64,000 bases of DNA from an uncultured Acidobacteriaceae bacterium (GCA_963794195.1 CAWCCU010000002.1:58909-122908); one strand, 5' to 3'; counted from the first letter of the stretch, positions 31,985-41,783 are shown. Translations and numbers: made by a program. Notes: generated from the sequence alone by a model not told the origin.

Positions 31985-32461
31985 CTATTGCAGCGGTTCC
32001 GAAACATGTTCGTGGACGACCAGCCATTTGCCGTCCTGCTTCTCGAAGACAACGGTCCAGCGCAGGGTAGCCAACTCTCGCTTGCCGCTCTTGCGGGTCA
32101 TATCTGATTTGACGGTTGCGGTGCCCCACACATAGTCCCCCGTGGGATGCAGTTGAAGATCATCGTTGACCGTGAAAACGGCGCTCTTGTAATCCGCGAC
32201 GAGCGCCATGACGCCTTTCTGATATTCGTCCCAGCTATCGTATTTCAGGGGCGCGATGTCGAAAAATGTGTGCTGGCCGCCGGCATAATACGGGGCAGGG
32301 TTCGCGGGATTGAGGGTCGACCAAGCATCCCAATATTTCTGGATGTAAGCTTTGTCGGGAACAGGGCCAGCAGCTTTACTGTTCGATTTCTTGGTGGTAG
32401 CGAGGCTGGCAAGAGCGATCGCCAAAATGACGGCGGACAGGGTGAGAACGCGCTTCAGCAT
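31985..32461 (-). CDS. SnoaL-like / NTF2-fold (DUF4440-like) secreted protein
   Basis: 158 aa with a signal peptide MLKRVLTLSAVILAIALASLA. The C-terminal LRWTVVFEKQDGKWLVVHEHVS is typical of NTF2-like folds. Confidence 0.6.
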   Translation of the reverse strand: MLKRVLTLSAVILAIALASLATTKKSNSKAAGPVPDKAYIQKYWDAWSTLNPANPAPYYAGGQHTFFDIAPLKYDSWDEYQKGVMALVADYKSAVFTVNDDLQLHPTGDYVWGTATVKSDMTRKSGKRELATLRWTVVFEKQDGKWLVVHEHVSEPLQ

Positions 32462-32491
32462 TGGGTTTCCTCCGAATTGGCCGAGATTATG

Positions 32492-32566
32492 CCACGGATT
32501 ACGAGGATCTTCACGGATAAACCTTCTTTTTATCTTTTAATCCGTGGAAATCCGCCTGATCCGTGG
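32492..32566. repeat. word-repeat palindrome (ATCCGTG words)
   Basis: The left arm CCACGGATTACGAGGATCTTCACGGAT and the right arm ATCCGTGGAAATCCGCCTGATCCGTGG are approximate reverse complements. Confidence 0.7.
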
Positions 32567-32573
32567 CCCAAAT

Positions 32574-32603
32574 TTGACGGTTTTCCACAGCACACGTTAA
32601 AAT
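32574..32603 (+). promoter_or_regulatory. sigma-70-like promoter upstream of rplU-rpmA-obg
   Basis: TTGACG (32574-32579), an 18-nt spacer, then TAAAAT (32598-32603), about 150 nt upstream of the rplU ATG. Confidence 0.5.
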
Positions 32604-32755
32604 GGTTGAGTTTGCCTGTACGCGCGGTCCTGTTCTGGGGCCGTCCGCATTTGTTGCGCGCGAGCGCCGACGCGGAAAGCAGCAAGCACGGACAATTAGC
32701 AGTCCCCCAGATCGCGTTTCGATGCGACGGGATGCGATTTGATGGAGGCATAGGT

Positions 32756-33241
32756 ATGTACGCGGTCATCCGCGCCGGTGGAAAGCAGTACCGAGTGGCG
32801 CTCGGAGATGTGGTTCGCCTGGAAAATCAGAGCGACGAAAATGGAAACGTGGAATTTGGCGACGTGCTGGCCGTGTCCGCTGGCGATGGTAAGATCGGCG
32901 CTTCAGCCGGCGCGCGCGTGCTGGGTCAGGTAGTGGAGCAGGGACGGGCCAAGAAAATTCTCGTCTTCCATTACAAGCGCAAGAAGCAATACAAAAAGCT
33001 GCGCGGACATCGCCAGGGATACACCGCGGTCCGCATCACCGAGATTGCCTATGACGGTCAGAGCTTCAAGGCGCCCGAGTTGGAAAAGAAAGAACCAAAA
33101 GTGAAGAAGGCGGCTCCGGTGGAAGTGGAGCATGTGGAGCACAAGGCGGCGGCTAAGAAATCTCATGCCGCGCCTGCGAAGAAGAAGGCTGCGTCGAAAA
33201 AGGCCGCGCCTAAGAAAGCTGCACCGAAGAAGAAAAAGTAG
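32756..33241 (+). CDS. rplU: 50S ribosomal protein L21 with Lys/Ala-rich C-terminal extension
   Basis: MYAVIRAGGKQYRV... is the canonical L21 start at ATG 32756; the tracked ORF from 32147 is an upstream run-on. A tail of about 55 aa follows: KKEPKVKKAAPVEVEHVEHKAAAKKSHAAPAKKKAASKKAAPKKAAPKKKK. Confidence 0.93.
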   Translation: MYAVIRAGGKQYRVALGDVVRLENQSDENGNVEFGDVLAVSAGDGKIGASAGARVLGQVVEQGRAKKILVFHYKRKKQYKKLRGHRQGYTAVRITEIAYDGQSFKAPELEKKEPKVKKAAPVEVEHVEHKAAAKKSHAAPAKKKAASKKAAPKKAAPKKKK

Positions 33242-33252
33242 TGGAGCGGGTA

Positions 33253-33315
33253 GGGATCCTTCGACTCCATATGTTTGGGCGCTATGCGCCCAAACTTATT
33301 ACGCTCAGGATGACA
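33253..33315. repeat. repeat family A (inverted orientation)
   Basis: GGGATCCTTCGACTCCATATGTTTGGGCGCTATGCGCCCAAACTTATTACGCTCAGGATGACA, between rplU and rpmA. Confidence 0.8.
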
Positions 33316-33342
33316 GACAATTTTTAGATTGAGGAATATTTC

Positions 33343-33606
33343 ATGGCGCATAAAAAAGGTCAGGGTACTTCACGAAACGGGCGCGATTCTAACGCGCAGA
33401 GGCTCGGATTCAAGGCATTCGGCGGACAGATTGTCCCCGGTGGAACCATCATCGTGCGGCAACGTGGCACCCGAGTGAAGCCGGGCCTGAATGTCGGACG
33501 CGGCAAGGACGACACCTTGTTCGCCAAGATTACCGGACGCATCAAGTTCCGTGATCGCGGTGCCATGGGCAAGTTTGTGATGGTCGAGCCGCTCGTAGCC
33601 GAGTAG
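33343..33606 (+). CDS. rpmA: 50S ribosomal protein L27
   Basis: [24 protein letters not shown]..., 87 aa. Confidence 0.97.
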   Translation: MAHKKGQGTSRNGRDSNAQRLGFKAFGGQIVPGGTIIVRQRGTRVKPGLNVGRGKDDTLFAKITGRIKFRDRGAMGKFVMVEPLVAE

Positions 33607-33630
33607 GCGCTCTAGTCACGAGGGTTTATG

Positions 33631-33662
33631 AGCCTTGGCTTTCGGCCAGGGCTTTTTGTTTT
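33631..33662 (+). terminator. intrinsic-terminator-like hairpin plus T-tract after rpmA
   Basis: AGCCTTGGC-TTTC-GGCCAGGGCT (imperfect stem) followed by TTTTGTTTT. Confidence 0.45.
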
Positions 33663-33664
33663 CT

Positions 33665-34814
<1,150 letters not shown>

Positions 34815-34815
<1 letters not shown>

Positions 34816-34909
34816 CCGCGGAGAACGCAGAGAGCGCGGAGAAAAATGCAGGGGTCCTTCGACTCCGCAGACGTTCACTTCGTGAACATCTGCTCCGCTC
34901 AGGATGACA
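34815..34909. repeat. composite: CGCAGAG-word element plus family A copy
   Basis: ACCGCGGAGAACGCAGAGAGCGCGGAGAAAAA (34815-34847) is related to 43320-43350. It is followed by GGGGTCCTTCGACTCCGCAG...CGCTCAGGATGACA (34851-34909). A further degenerate family A copy is at 35077-35131. Confidence 0.7.
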
Positions 34910-35185
34910 GTTGGATTTATAAATTCATAAGATGAGAAATGGTGCTGGCACGGCATCAAACCAGCGCCGGAGGCGCGATCCAGCTTAGCCCAGGACGGAT
35001 AGTCCTGCGTCAGCACGGAATGTGATCACGCGCCCGAGGGCGCCACTACAGGCCTCACGGAGCGGTGGAGATCGTAGGGGTCCTTCGACTCCGTGGAAAG
35101 TGCGCGGCGCGCAATTTCCACTGTGCATGACAAATCAAAAACAAAGGCGACCTTGGTGGCGGCCGCCCTTTTTTTTTGGATTAGA

Positions 35186-35217
35186 GCGAACGACCAACGA
35201 CGTACGACCAACGACGG
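35186..35217. repeat. CGTTGGT-word repeat (single arm)
   Basis: GCGAACGACCAACGACGTACGACCAACGACGG, directly after the kinase gene stop. Confidence 0.65.
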
Positions 35218-35220
35218 TTC

Positions 35221-37500
35221 TCAGGCCTCCGACACATGCGATCCGTGCTGAAAGTGGTACTGAATGATTTTCGCAGCTAGCGCCGGGCCAATGGTTGATT
35301 TGTCGCTGCGCGTCGTTCGAACGACTTCGCCGCGGCAGACGACTTCCGCTGCTGACAATCCTGCAATTTCTGCCGGAAGAACGAGATTGATTTCGAGTTG
35401 AACGTTTTCCGGTATGGCTTCTTCCGCGCGGAACAGCATTCCGGAGCGGCTGATGTTTTCGGTGGTGCCGTCGCGCCAGTCGTGTTCGCCGATCGGACGG
35501 TACTTCAAGGGCAGGTGAAGGTTGAAACGTTGAGCGCGAAACGGGGACAAGCTTTCCCGCACGCGTCCAAAGCGGGCTTGCGTTGCTAAGCGAGCGGACA
35601 TGGCAGCCTCCTGGGGCAGGGGAGTATCGATCACCTCCCGCACCTTTGCCTGAAGTGCAGGGAGGGTAAAGGGCTTCTGAAGCAGGGTGATGCCTGCGTC
35701 CAGCGTGCCGTTTTGGCCGATTGCATTTTCGGTGTATCCCGACATGTAGAGAATTTTCATCTCGGGACGCACGCGTGCAAGTTGATTGGCGAGTTCACGC
35801 CCGTTCATCCCGGGCATGATGACGTCGGTGAGTAACAGGTGAATTGGCCCGGGATACAGGGCCGAAACTTTCAGCGCGCAGATTTCCGTCGGCAGCTTCG
35901 AGAATGGTGTATCCCTGACGTTCTAGAAATTGCCGGGCGAGACGGCGCAGATTGGTTTCGTCTTCGACAACCAAAATAGTTTCTTTGCCACGCTCGCCAT
36001 GCACTGCCACAACCGGAGGCTGGGCGGAAATTGTTTCTCCCGCCGAAGTCACGCGCGGCAAATAGATTTTGAACGTAGTGCCTCGAGCTTGCTCGCTGTA
36101 GACGTAAATGTAGCCACCACTCTGCTTGATGATTCCGTAGACCGTCGAAAGTCCGAGGCCAGTGCCTTTGAGCCCTTTTGTCGTATAGAACGGTTCGAAG
36201 ATATGGGTTTGGGTTTCGGCGTCCATGCCCATGCCGGTGTCGCTGATGGCGAGCATCACGTATTCGCCGGGTTGCGCCGGAGGATGGAAGCGGGCATAGC
36301 TGTCGTCGAGCCAGATGTTTGAAGTCTCGAGCGTGAGCTTGCCGCCGTTGCGGCATGGCATCGCGCGCATTGACCGCCAGGTTCATGATGACCTGCTCGA
36401 TCTGTCCGGGATCGGCTTTTACCGCGCCGAGGTCCGCGCCGGGAACCATGACCATGTCGATGTCTTCGCCGATCAGGCGTTCCAGCAACTTCATGTTTTC
36501 CGTGACGACCGAGTTCAGGTCGAGAATTTTCGGCGCAAGCATTTGCTTGCGGCTGAAGGCAAGCAATTGGCGGGTGAGCGCGGTGGCGCGGTTTGCCGCG
36601 TTCGCGATTTCCTGCGGCGGGCCCACGCAGTTCGGGATCGTTGCCGACGCGGTCTAATAGAAATTCGCAGTAACCGGATATCACCATCAGCAGGTTATTG
36701 AAGTCGTGAGCGATGCCGCCGGCTAGACGGCCTACGGCTTCCATCTTTTGTGATTGACGCAATTGTTGCTCAAGAGCGCGGTGTTCGGTGATGTCTTCGG
36801 CGAACAATTCGAAGTAAACTTTGTTGCGTTCGCCGCGGATGGTGCGTCCGGAAAGGCGCGCGCTCATTAGGGTGCCATCTTTGCGAATCCATTCCGCCGC
36901 CAAGCCGTTAAAGGATTCCAGCGAACGCAGGCGATCGGCGACGGTGAACCACTGTTGAGTGTCGGCGTATAGCGTAGCCAGATCGCGTCCCACCAGATCG
37001 CGAGCGGAAGTCTGGCCCAGCATGGCGATGAATGCGGGATTTACATCCAGCAGAATACCGCCGGAATCGCATCGGCAAATTCCGTACGGAGCGTTGGTGA
37101 CCAGCGATCGGAAATTAACTTCCGAACGCCGCAATCCCTCCTGCGCCGAACGGAGCGCCGCATTGAAGGAACAAATCAGCGCCGCCACAAACACGAACAG
37201 CGTCAGATGTATGATGGCTTTGCGATAATCGTCATGGGTTCGCGCGCCGCTAAAAGAGAAGTAGGCACTTACTGTCAGAGCGAACGAAGTGGCGACCAGG
37301 CCGGGTTTCCATCCGCCGTACCAGGCGCTGACCATAATAGCGACGGAAAAAACGACTAGCCGGCTTTCGACGATGTCAGAAAGTAAAAAAGCTGGGATGA
37401 GGGCAAGCGTTATGCTGAGAACAGCAACTCCGTACCGGAGGATGGGAGCCCGAGCCGGCGGGATATAACGTTTGCGAAGAAGGGGGAGATTCGATCGCAT
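35221..37500 (-). pseudogene. hybrid sensor histidine kinase (TM-PAS-HisKA-HATPase-REC-PilZ-like); three frame breaks (probable indels)
   Basis: Four overlapping minus-strand ORFs join into one protein. 36256-37569 holds TM helices, PAS and the H-box [11 protein letters not shown]. 35871-36626 reads ...[22 protein letters not shown]...[11 protein letters not shown]. 35795-36370 reads [11 protein letters not shown]...DTGMGMD...[12 protein letters not shown], then the REC start ILVVEDE. 35221-35817 reads [13 protein letters not shown]...KPF, then a PilZ-like ENISRSG. The breaks are at about 36615-36625, 36349-36353 and 35873-35882. Start taken at ATG (complement of 37498-37500), MRSNLPLL. Confidence 0.85.
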
Positions 37501-37664
37501 ACAAACCGAATGTAATTCCAAAATGGAACTTCCGCGAGTTACGGGAGTACATCGTTCAGGGTAGCGCAAATGGACTAGTTAATGTCCATAAGGACAATGA
37601 AATGACTAGCAATTGACTAACAGGATGCAAAAATCTCAAATTGCGAACTTGACATAACAAATCC

Positions 37665-38366
37665 ATGAATATTGGCCTCTTCGGTGGGACCTTCGACCCA
37701 ATCCACAACGGCCATCTGGCGCTGGCCAGGGCAGCGCAGGAACGCTTTGAACTCGGCCGGGTGTACTTTGTCCCGGCAAATGTTCCGCCGCATAAGAAAC
37801 AGCCCGCAGCCTCCTACTTCGACCGGTATGCCATGGTGACGTTGGCGACCATGGGCGAGAAGGGATTCATTCCGTCGCTGTTGGAAGCTCCCGAAGCGAC
37901 CACCGCGATTCCCAATAAGGGAAAAAAGCCGGAAGTCGCCGTGAATTACAGCATCGACACCTGCCGTCGATTGAAATCGGCTCTAAAAAAGAGCGACAAA
38001 GTATTTTTCCTGATTGGGATTGATGCTTTCAAAGACATCGCCCAGTGGCGTGAGCCGGAAGCATTGTTGCGGGAGTGTCCGTTTATAGTGGCCAGCCGTC
38101 CCGGATATTTTCTTGCCGATGTAGCGAATTCGCTGCCGGTGAGCCTGCGTCCGAAAGCGGCGGTAACGAAGCTTTTCGCGAAACAAGGTACGACGGGAGA
38201 TTTGGCTTTGAACGGCGCGACGGTGCACATGCTGCCGGATGTGAATCAGAATATTTCCGCGACGGCGATCCGCGTGGCAGTCGCCGCGAAGAAGCCAACG
38301 GGAAAATTCCTCGATCCGGCGGTTGCGGCGTATATCAAGAAGATGGAGCTGTACATCAGGCGCTGA
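37665..38366 (+). CDS. nadD: nicotinate-nucleotide adenylyltransferase
   Basis: MNIGLFGGTFDPIHNGHL... (HxGH motif) and ISATAIR near the C-terminus. Confidence 0.92.
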   Translation: MNIGLFGGTFDPIHNGHLALARAAQERFELGRVYFVPANVPPHKKQPAASYFDRYAMVTLATMGEKGFIPSLLEAPEATTAIPNKGKKPEVAVNYSIDTCRRLKSALKKSDKVFFLIGIDAFKDIAQWREPEALLRECPFIVASRPGYFLADVANSLPVSLRPKAAVTKLFAKQGTTGDLALNGATVHMLPDVNQNISATAIRVAVAAKKPTGKFLDPAVAAYIKKMELYIRR

Positions 38367-38497
38367 GCTTTGCGGGTGGGCGATTCCCGTTCATTCACTA
38401 GCGGTTTTTTTCCAGCAGTAACCTGCTGGTCAAGTGAATGCCGTCGCTCCGCGACTGGAGCATGGGATATCCACCCGGAAAAACTTAGCAAAGGCGC

Positions 38498-38527
38498 TTA
38501 GCTAGAAGCTAGGAGCTAGAAGCTCGG
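38498..38527. repeat. word-repeat element (GCTAGAAGCT words)
   Basis: TTAGCTAGAAGCTAGGAGCTAGAAGCTCGG. Related AGCTTCTAGC/GCTAGCTGCTAGC words occur at 56721-56787. Confidence 0.6.
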
Positions 38528-38589
38528 TGGTCGATCCAATGCCCGCAGCAGCAATCCATTACAATAGATCTGGACGATTGAATCCACGA

Positions 38590-39039
38590 ATGACCAAACC
38601 TATCACTGCCAAGAAAAAAGCCGGCCTGCAAAATCAATCCGACCTTAAGAAACAGGTCTCCGAAGCGATTGCCGCCTGTCAGGACAAGAAAGCGGAAGAA
38701 ATCACCATTCTTGAATTGGATCAGGACGCCGGCGCATTTACCGATTATTTCGTGGTTTGCAGTGGCACCAATGCCAAGCAGATCCAATCGATTTCGGACG
38801 CGGTCGAGGACCGGCTGGAGGCTTTGGGACATCGTCCGGTGAACAAAGAGGGATACAAGCAGGCGGAGTGGGTGCTGTTGGATTATCTGAATTTTGTGGT
38901 GCACATTTTCACCGAAAAGGCCCGCAAGTATTACGATCTGGAGCGGTTATGGAAAACCGCCAAACGGCTGGAGCCTTCGGAGTTGAAGGCGATCCGGAAG
39001 CGAGCGGTTGTGGGTGCGGTTAAGAAGAAGCGAGCGTAA
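38590..39039 (+). CDS. rsfS: ribosome silencing factor RsfS
   Basis: Start taken at ATG 38590 (MTKPITAKKK). It has FTDYFVVCSGTNAKQIQSISDAV and WVLLDYLNFVVHIF, typical of RsfS/IojAP. The nadD-rsfS-rlmH order is conserved. Confidence 0.88.
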   Translation: MTKPITAKKKAGLQNQSDLKKQVSEAIAACQDKKAEEITILELDQDAGAFTDYFVVCSGTNAKQIQSISDAVEDRLEALGHRPVNKEGYKQAEWVLLDYLNFVVHIFTEKARKYYDLERLWKTAKRLEPSELKAIRKRAVVGAVKKKRA

Positions 39040-39118
39040 TGTTTGGAATCGCGTCGGCACGGGCTTCGCGGACGAAAAAACGCTTGCATCAGGAACACCC
39101 AGAAGGCTGCATGTGGCG

Positions 39119-39199
39119 CCGTGGAAGAGCGGCGCCTTCAGCGCCGCGTGAATCGTGTCTCGCGCGGAACGCGGGCCTGAAAGGCCCGCTCTTCCACGG
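39119..39199. repeat. double-hairpin palindromic element, family C (long form), inside the rsfS-rlmH spacer
   Basis: CCGTGGAAGAGCGGCGCCTTCAGCGCCGCGTG...ACGCGGGCCTGAAAGGCCCGCTCTTCCACGG. Confidence 0.85.
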
Positions 39200-39234
39200 C
39201 GGCCAATGCTTTCGAACACCGCGCCAACCGAATT

Positions 39235-39672
39235 GTGAAAGTTAAGATCGCATGGATCGGCAAGACCAAATCTCCAGCCATTCAAGCGCTGACCGACGAA
39301 TATCTCAAACGCCTGTCCCACTATGCGGAGACCGAAGGTCTGACCTTAAAAGACGAGGCTGCGCTGCTGAAACTGTGCGATCAGCGTCCCACGAAACATG
39401 TTTTGGTTCTGCTGGATAGCAAAGGCAAGCAGCTTTCTTCCGAGGAATTCGCCAAGTTTCTAGGAGACCATCAAGACCGCAACCCGCTGCCGCTATTGTT
39501 TGCAATCGGCGCAGCGGACGGATTTTCTGACCAGACGCGAAAATCGGCTACAGGGGTGATTTCGCTGGGCAAAATGACTTTGGCGCACGAATTGGCTCGG
39601 GTCGTGTTGCTGGAACAGCTCTACCGCGGGTTCACCATTCTCAAGGGCCACCCGTACCATCTTGGCCACTGA
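39235..39672 (+). CDS. rlmH: 23S rRNA (pseudouridine1915-N3)-methyltransferase RlmH
   Basis: GTG start. MKVKIAWIGKTK..., with the C-terminal SLGKMTLAHELARVVLLEQLYRGFTILKGHPYH. Confidence 0.9.
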   Translation: MKVKIAWIGKTKSPAIQALTDEYLKRLSHYAETEGLTLKDEAALLKLCDQRPTKHVLVLLDSKGKQLSSEEFAKFLGDHQDRNPLPLLFAIGAADGFSDQTRKSATGVISLGKMTLAHELARVVLLEQLYRGFTILKGHPYHLGH

Positions 39673-39761
39673 TATTCGTTGGAAATTAGGCGTGTACTTT
39701 CGTGATGTTTCTTGTTCCGGATTCGTCGTCTAAATTTGTTCCAGATACGAGGAGCGCCCCG

Positions 39762-39920
39762 ATGAAAAACCCCATGGAAGTGCTGAGAACCAAAGAGCAG
39801 GAATTGTCGCGCGTGAAGAATGAAATCAACGCGTTGCGGATTGCCGCCCGTTTGCTGGGCGATGAAAAACCGATTGGCGATCCTAAGAGCAACGGGCAAG
39901 TTTTGGTGGAAATGCCGTAA
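39762..39920 (+). CDS. hypothetical small coiled-coil protein (52 aa)
   Basis: AGGAG lies 8 nt upstream of ATG 39762. The product is MKNPMEVLRTKEQELSRVKNEINALRIAARLLGDEKPIGDPKSNGQVLVEMP. It is shorter than the tracked ORF from 39702. Confidence 0.35.
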   Translation: MKNPMEVLRTKEQELSRVKNEINALRIAARLLGDEKPIGDPKSNGQVLVEMP

Positions 39921-39944
39921 GCTACAGCCCTCCCTGCGCTTCGC

Positions 39945-40036
39945 GAAGAAGTTAGAATTCAGAAGTAAGAATGCAGAAGTATGAACTGTGGAACTCCAAG
40001 GCTCTTAATTCTGCATTCTGAAATCTAACTTCTGAC
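39945..40036. repeat. word-repeat palindrome (AGAAGT/ATTCTGA words), terminator-like
   Basis: The left arm GAAGAAGTTAGAATTCAGAAGTAAGAATGCAGAAG and the right arm CTTAATTCTGCATTCTGAAATCTAACTTCTGAC are approximate reverse complements. TTTGATTTTTT follows. Confidence 0.7.
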
Positions 40037-40091
40037 TTTGATTTTTTATTAACTCCCTTTCCCTTCAATACCTTCCGTCATTCCCCTCCCC

Positions 40092-40664
40092 ATGTTTTCC
40101 AAAACAGGTAGAATCAACAATTCGACTATGCAAGACGTTCGTCGTGGACTGATCATTGTGAATACCGGTCCGGGCAAGGGCAAGACTACTGCCGCCATGG
40201 GCACGGGTCTGCGTGCAGTTGGCCAGGGCATGCGCGTGCTTATGCTTCAGTTTTTAAAGGGGTCCTGGCATTACGGCGAACTCGATGCCGTGCAGGCCTT
40301 TGGCGACAAGTTCATCATGAAACAAATGGGCCGCGGCTTCGTCAAAGTCGGCGTGGAGAAGCCCGATCCCGAAGATGTAAAGATGGTCGAAGAAGCTTGG
40401 GCCGAAGGGGAAAAGGCCATCCAATCGGGCGATTGGGATTTAGTGATCCTGGACGAAATCAACTACGCGATTACTTATGGAATGCTCGATCCGGCAAAGG
40501 TCGCCGAGGGACTGAAGAAGAAACCGGAGATGGTGCATGTTATCTTGACGGGGCGGAATGCGCATCCGGCGATTGTCGAAGTAGCGGACACGGTGACGGA
40601 AATGCGTCAGGTAAAACATGCTTATGAAAAAGGCGTGATGGCGCAGCGGGGAATTGAATACTGA
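40092..40664 (+). CDS. cobO: cob(I)yrinic acid a,c-diamide adenosyltransferase (CobO/BtuR family)
   Basis: P-loop GPGKGKTTAAMG, FLKG..HYGE, LVILDEINYAI and TGR.AHP...ADTVTEM. 190 aa; an alternative start is at 40128. Confidence 0.85.
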   Translation: MFSKTGRINNSTMQDVRRGLIIVNTGPGKGKTTAAMGTGLRAVGQGMRVLMLQFLKGSWHYGELDAVQAFGDKFIMKQMGRGFVKVGVEKPDPEDVKMVEEAWAEGEKAIQSGDWDLVILDEINYAITYGMLDPAKVAEGLKKKPEMVHVILTGRNAHPAIVEVADTVTEMRQVKHAYEKGVMAQRGIEY

Positions 40665-40906
40665 CCGTCGTTGGTCGGTCGTCGTTGGTCGTTGGCCAGG
40701 GCCCAGGACCCAGGACCGTAGGCTTGTTGGGAGAATTCTAGATTTCGGATACCTCAGGCGCTGAAACGCGTCATCGATAGGGAAGTTTTAAACGCAGCGC
40801 TAAAAGCGCTGCTCCACCCTAGCGCGACCGGTTTGACGAGGTGGAGCTGAACGGATTTGTAAGCGAAGCTGTTTTAGCCGACGACCAAAGACGAACGACC
40901 AACGAC
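40665..40906. repeat. nested cluster of four repeat types filling the cobO-accD spacer
   Basis: The CGTTGGT-word arm (40665-40697) and its inverted partner GCCGACGACCAAAGACGAACGACCAACGAC (40878-40906) bracket three elements. These are CCCAGGA words (40697-40718), GAATTCTAGATTTCGGAT (40733-40750) and a family C short element (40757-40819). Confidence 0.75.
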
Positions 40907-40913
40907 TGATTTT

Positions 40914-41783
40914 ATGACATGGTTTAAACGAGAATCCGGCGAGCTGGACACTTCAGGCGAAAAGAAAGTCCGCACTGAGGGACTGTGGATTAAGTGTGAA
41001 GGTTGCCGCCAGATTATCTGGAAGAAAGATATTGAAGATAACTTCAACGTTTGTCCCAAGTGCGACAAGCATTTTCGGATCGATGCGCGGGCACGATTGG
41101 CACAACTTCTCGACGACAATCAATACGACATTTTCGACGCTGATCTGTGTTCCACCGATCCGCTGAAATTCGTGGACCTCAAAGCTTATTCTTCGCGGCT
41201 GAAACAGGCACAGGAAGACACCGGGCTGAACGATGCCATCATCAATGCCCGCGGGAAAATGAATGGGCGTCCGGTAATTGTCAGCGCGATGGAGTATGCG
41301 TTCATTGGCGGGAGCATGGGCGCAGTTGTCGGCGAAGCCATCACGCGCGCGGTGGAACAGGCGACGGGCAGCAAGACTCCGATGGTGATTGTTTCCGCGT
41401 CGGGTGGGGCGCGCATGATGGAAGGCGTGGTCAGCCTGATGCAGTTGGCGAAGATTTCCGCGGCGCTGGCGCGGCTGGACGAAGCCAAAGTCCCCTATAT
41501 CTCCGTGTTGACCGATCCCACGACCGGTGGGGTTACGGCCTCATTCGCAATGCTGGGCGATCTGAATATTGCCGAGCCCGGAGCCTTGATCGGATTTGCC
41601 GGGCCTCGTGTGATCGAGCAGACCATCCGGCAGAAGTTGCCGCAAGGTTTTCAACGCAGCGAATTTCTCCTGGAACACGGCATGCTGGATGCGGTGGTGC
41701 ATCGCAAGGAAATGAAATCGTATATTTCCAGGGCGTTGGATTTTATGCAGCCGTCAGCTGTCAGCTCTCAGCTGTCAGCTTGA
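40914..41783 (+). CDS. accD: acetyl-CoA carboxylase carboxyltransferase beta subunit
   Basis: Zn-ribbon CEGCRQIIWKKDIEDNFNVCPKCDKH and a CT domain with SGGARMMEG. 289 aa. The last 10 codons (PSAVSSQLSA) are encoded by a word-repeat element. Confidence 0.93.
   Translation: MTWFKRESGELDTSGEKKVRTEGLWIKCEGCRQIIWKKDIEDNFNVCPKCDKHFRIDARARLAQLLDDNQYDIFDADLCSTDPLKFVDLKAYSSRLKQAQEDTGLNDAIINARGKMNGRPVIVSAMEYAFIGGSMGAVVGEAITRAVEQATGSKTPMVIVSASGGARMMEGVVSLMQLAKISAALARLDEAKVPYISVLTDPTTGGVTASFAMLGDLNIAEPGALIGFAGPRVIEQTIRQKLPQGFQRSEFLLEHGMLDAVVHRKEMKSYISRALDFMQPSAVSSQLSA

Noticed and set aside
32147-32755. Upstream 200 codons of the tracked 364-aa ORF that ends as L21
   Set aside because: This is a run-on through the antisense of the SnoaL-like gene, a palindromic repeat and the predicted promoter. 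The canonical L21 N-terminus MYAVIRAGGKQY begins at 32756.
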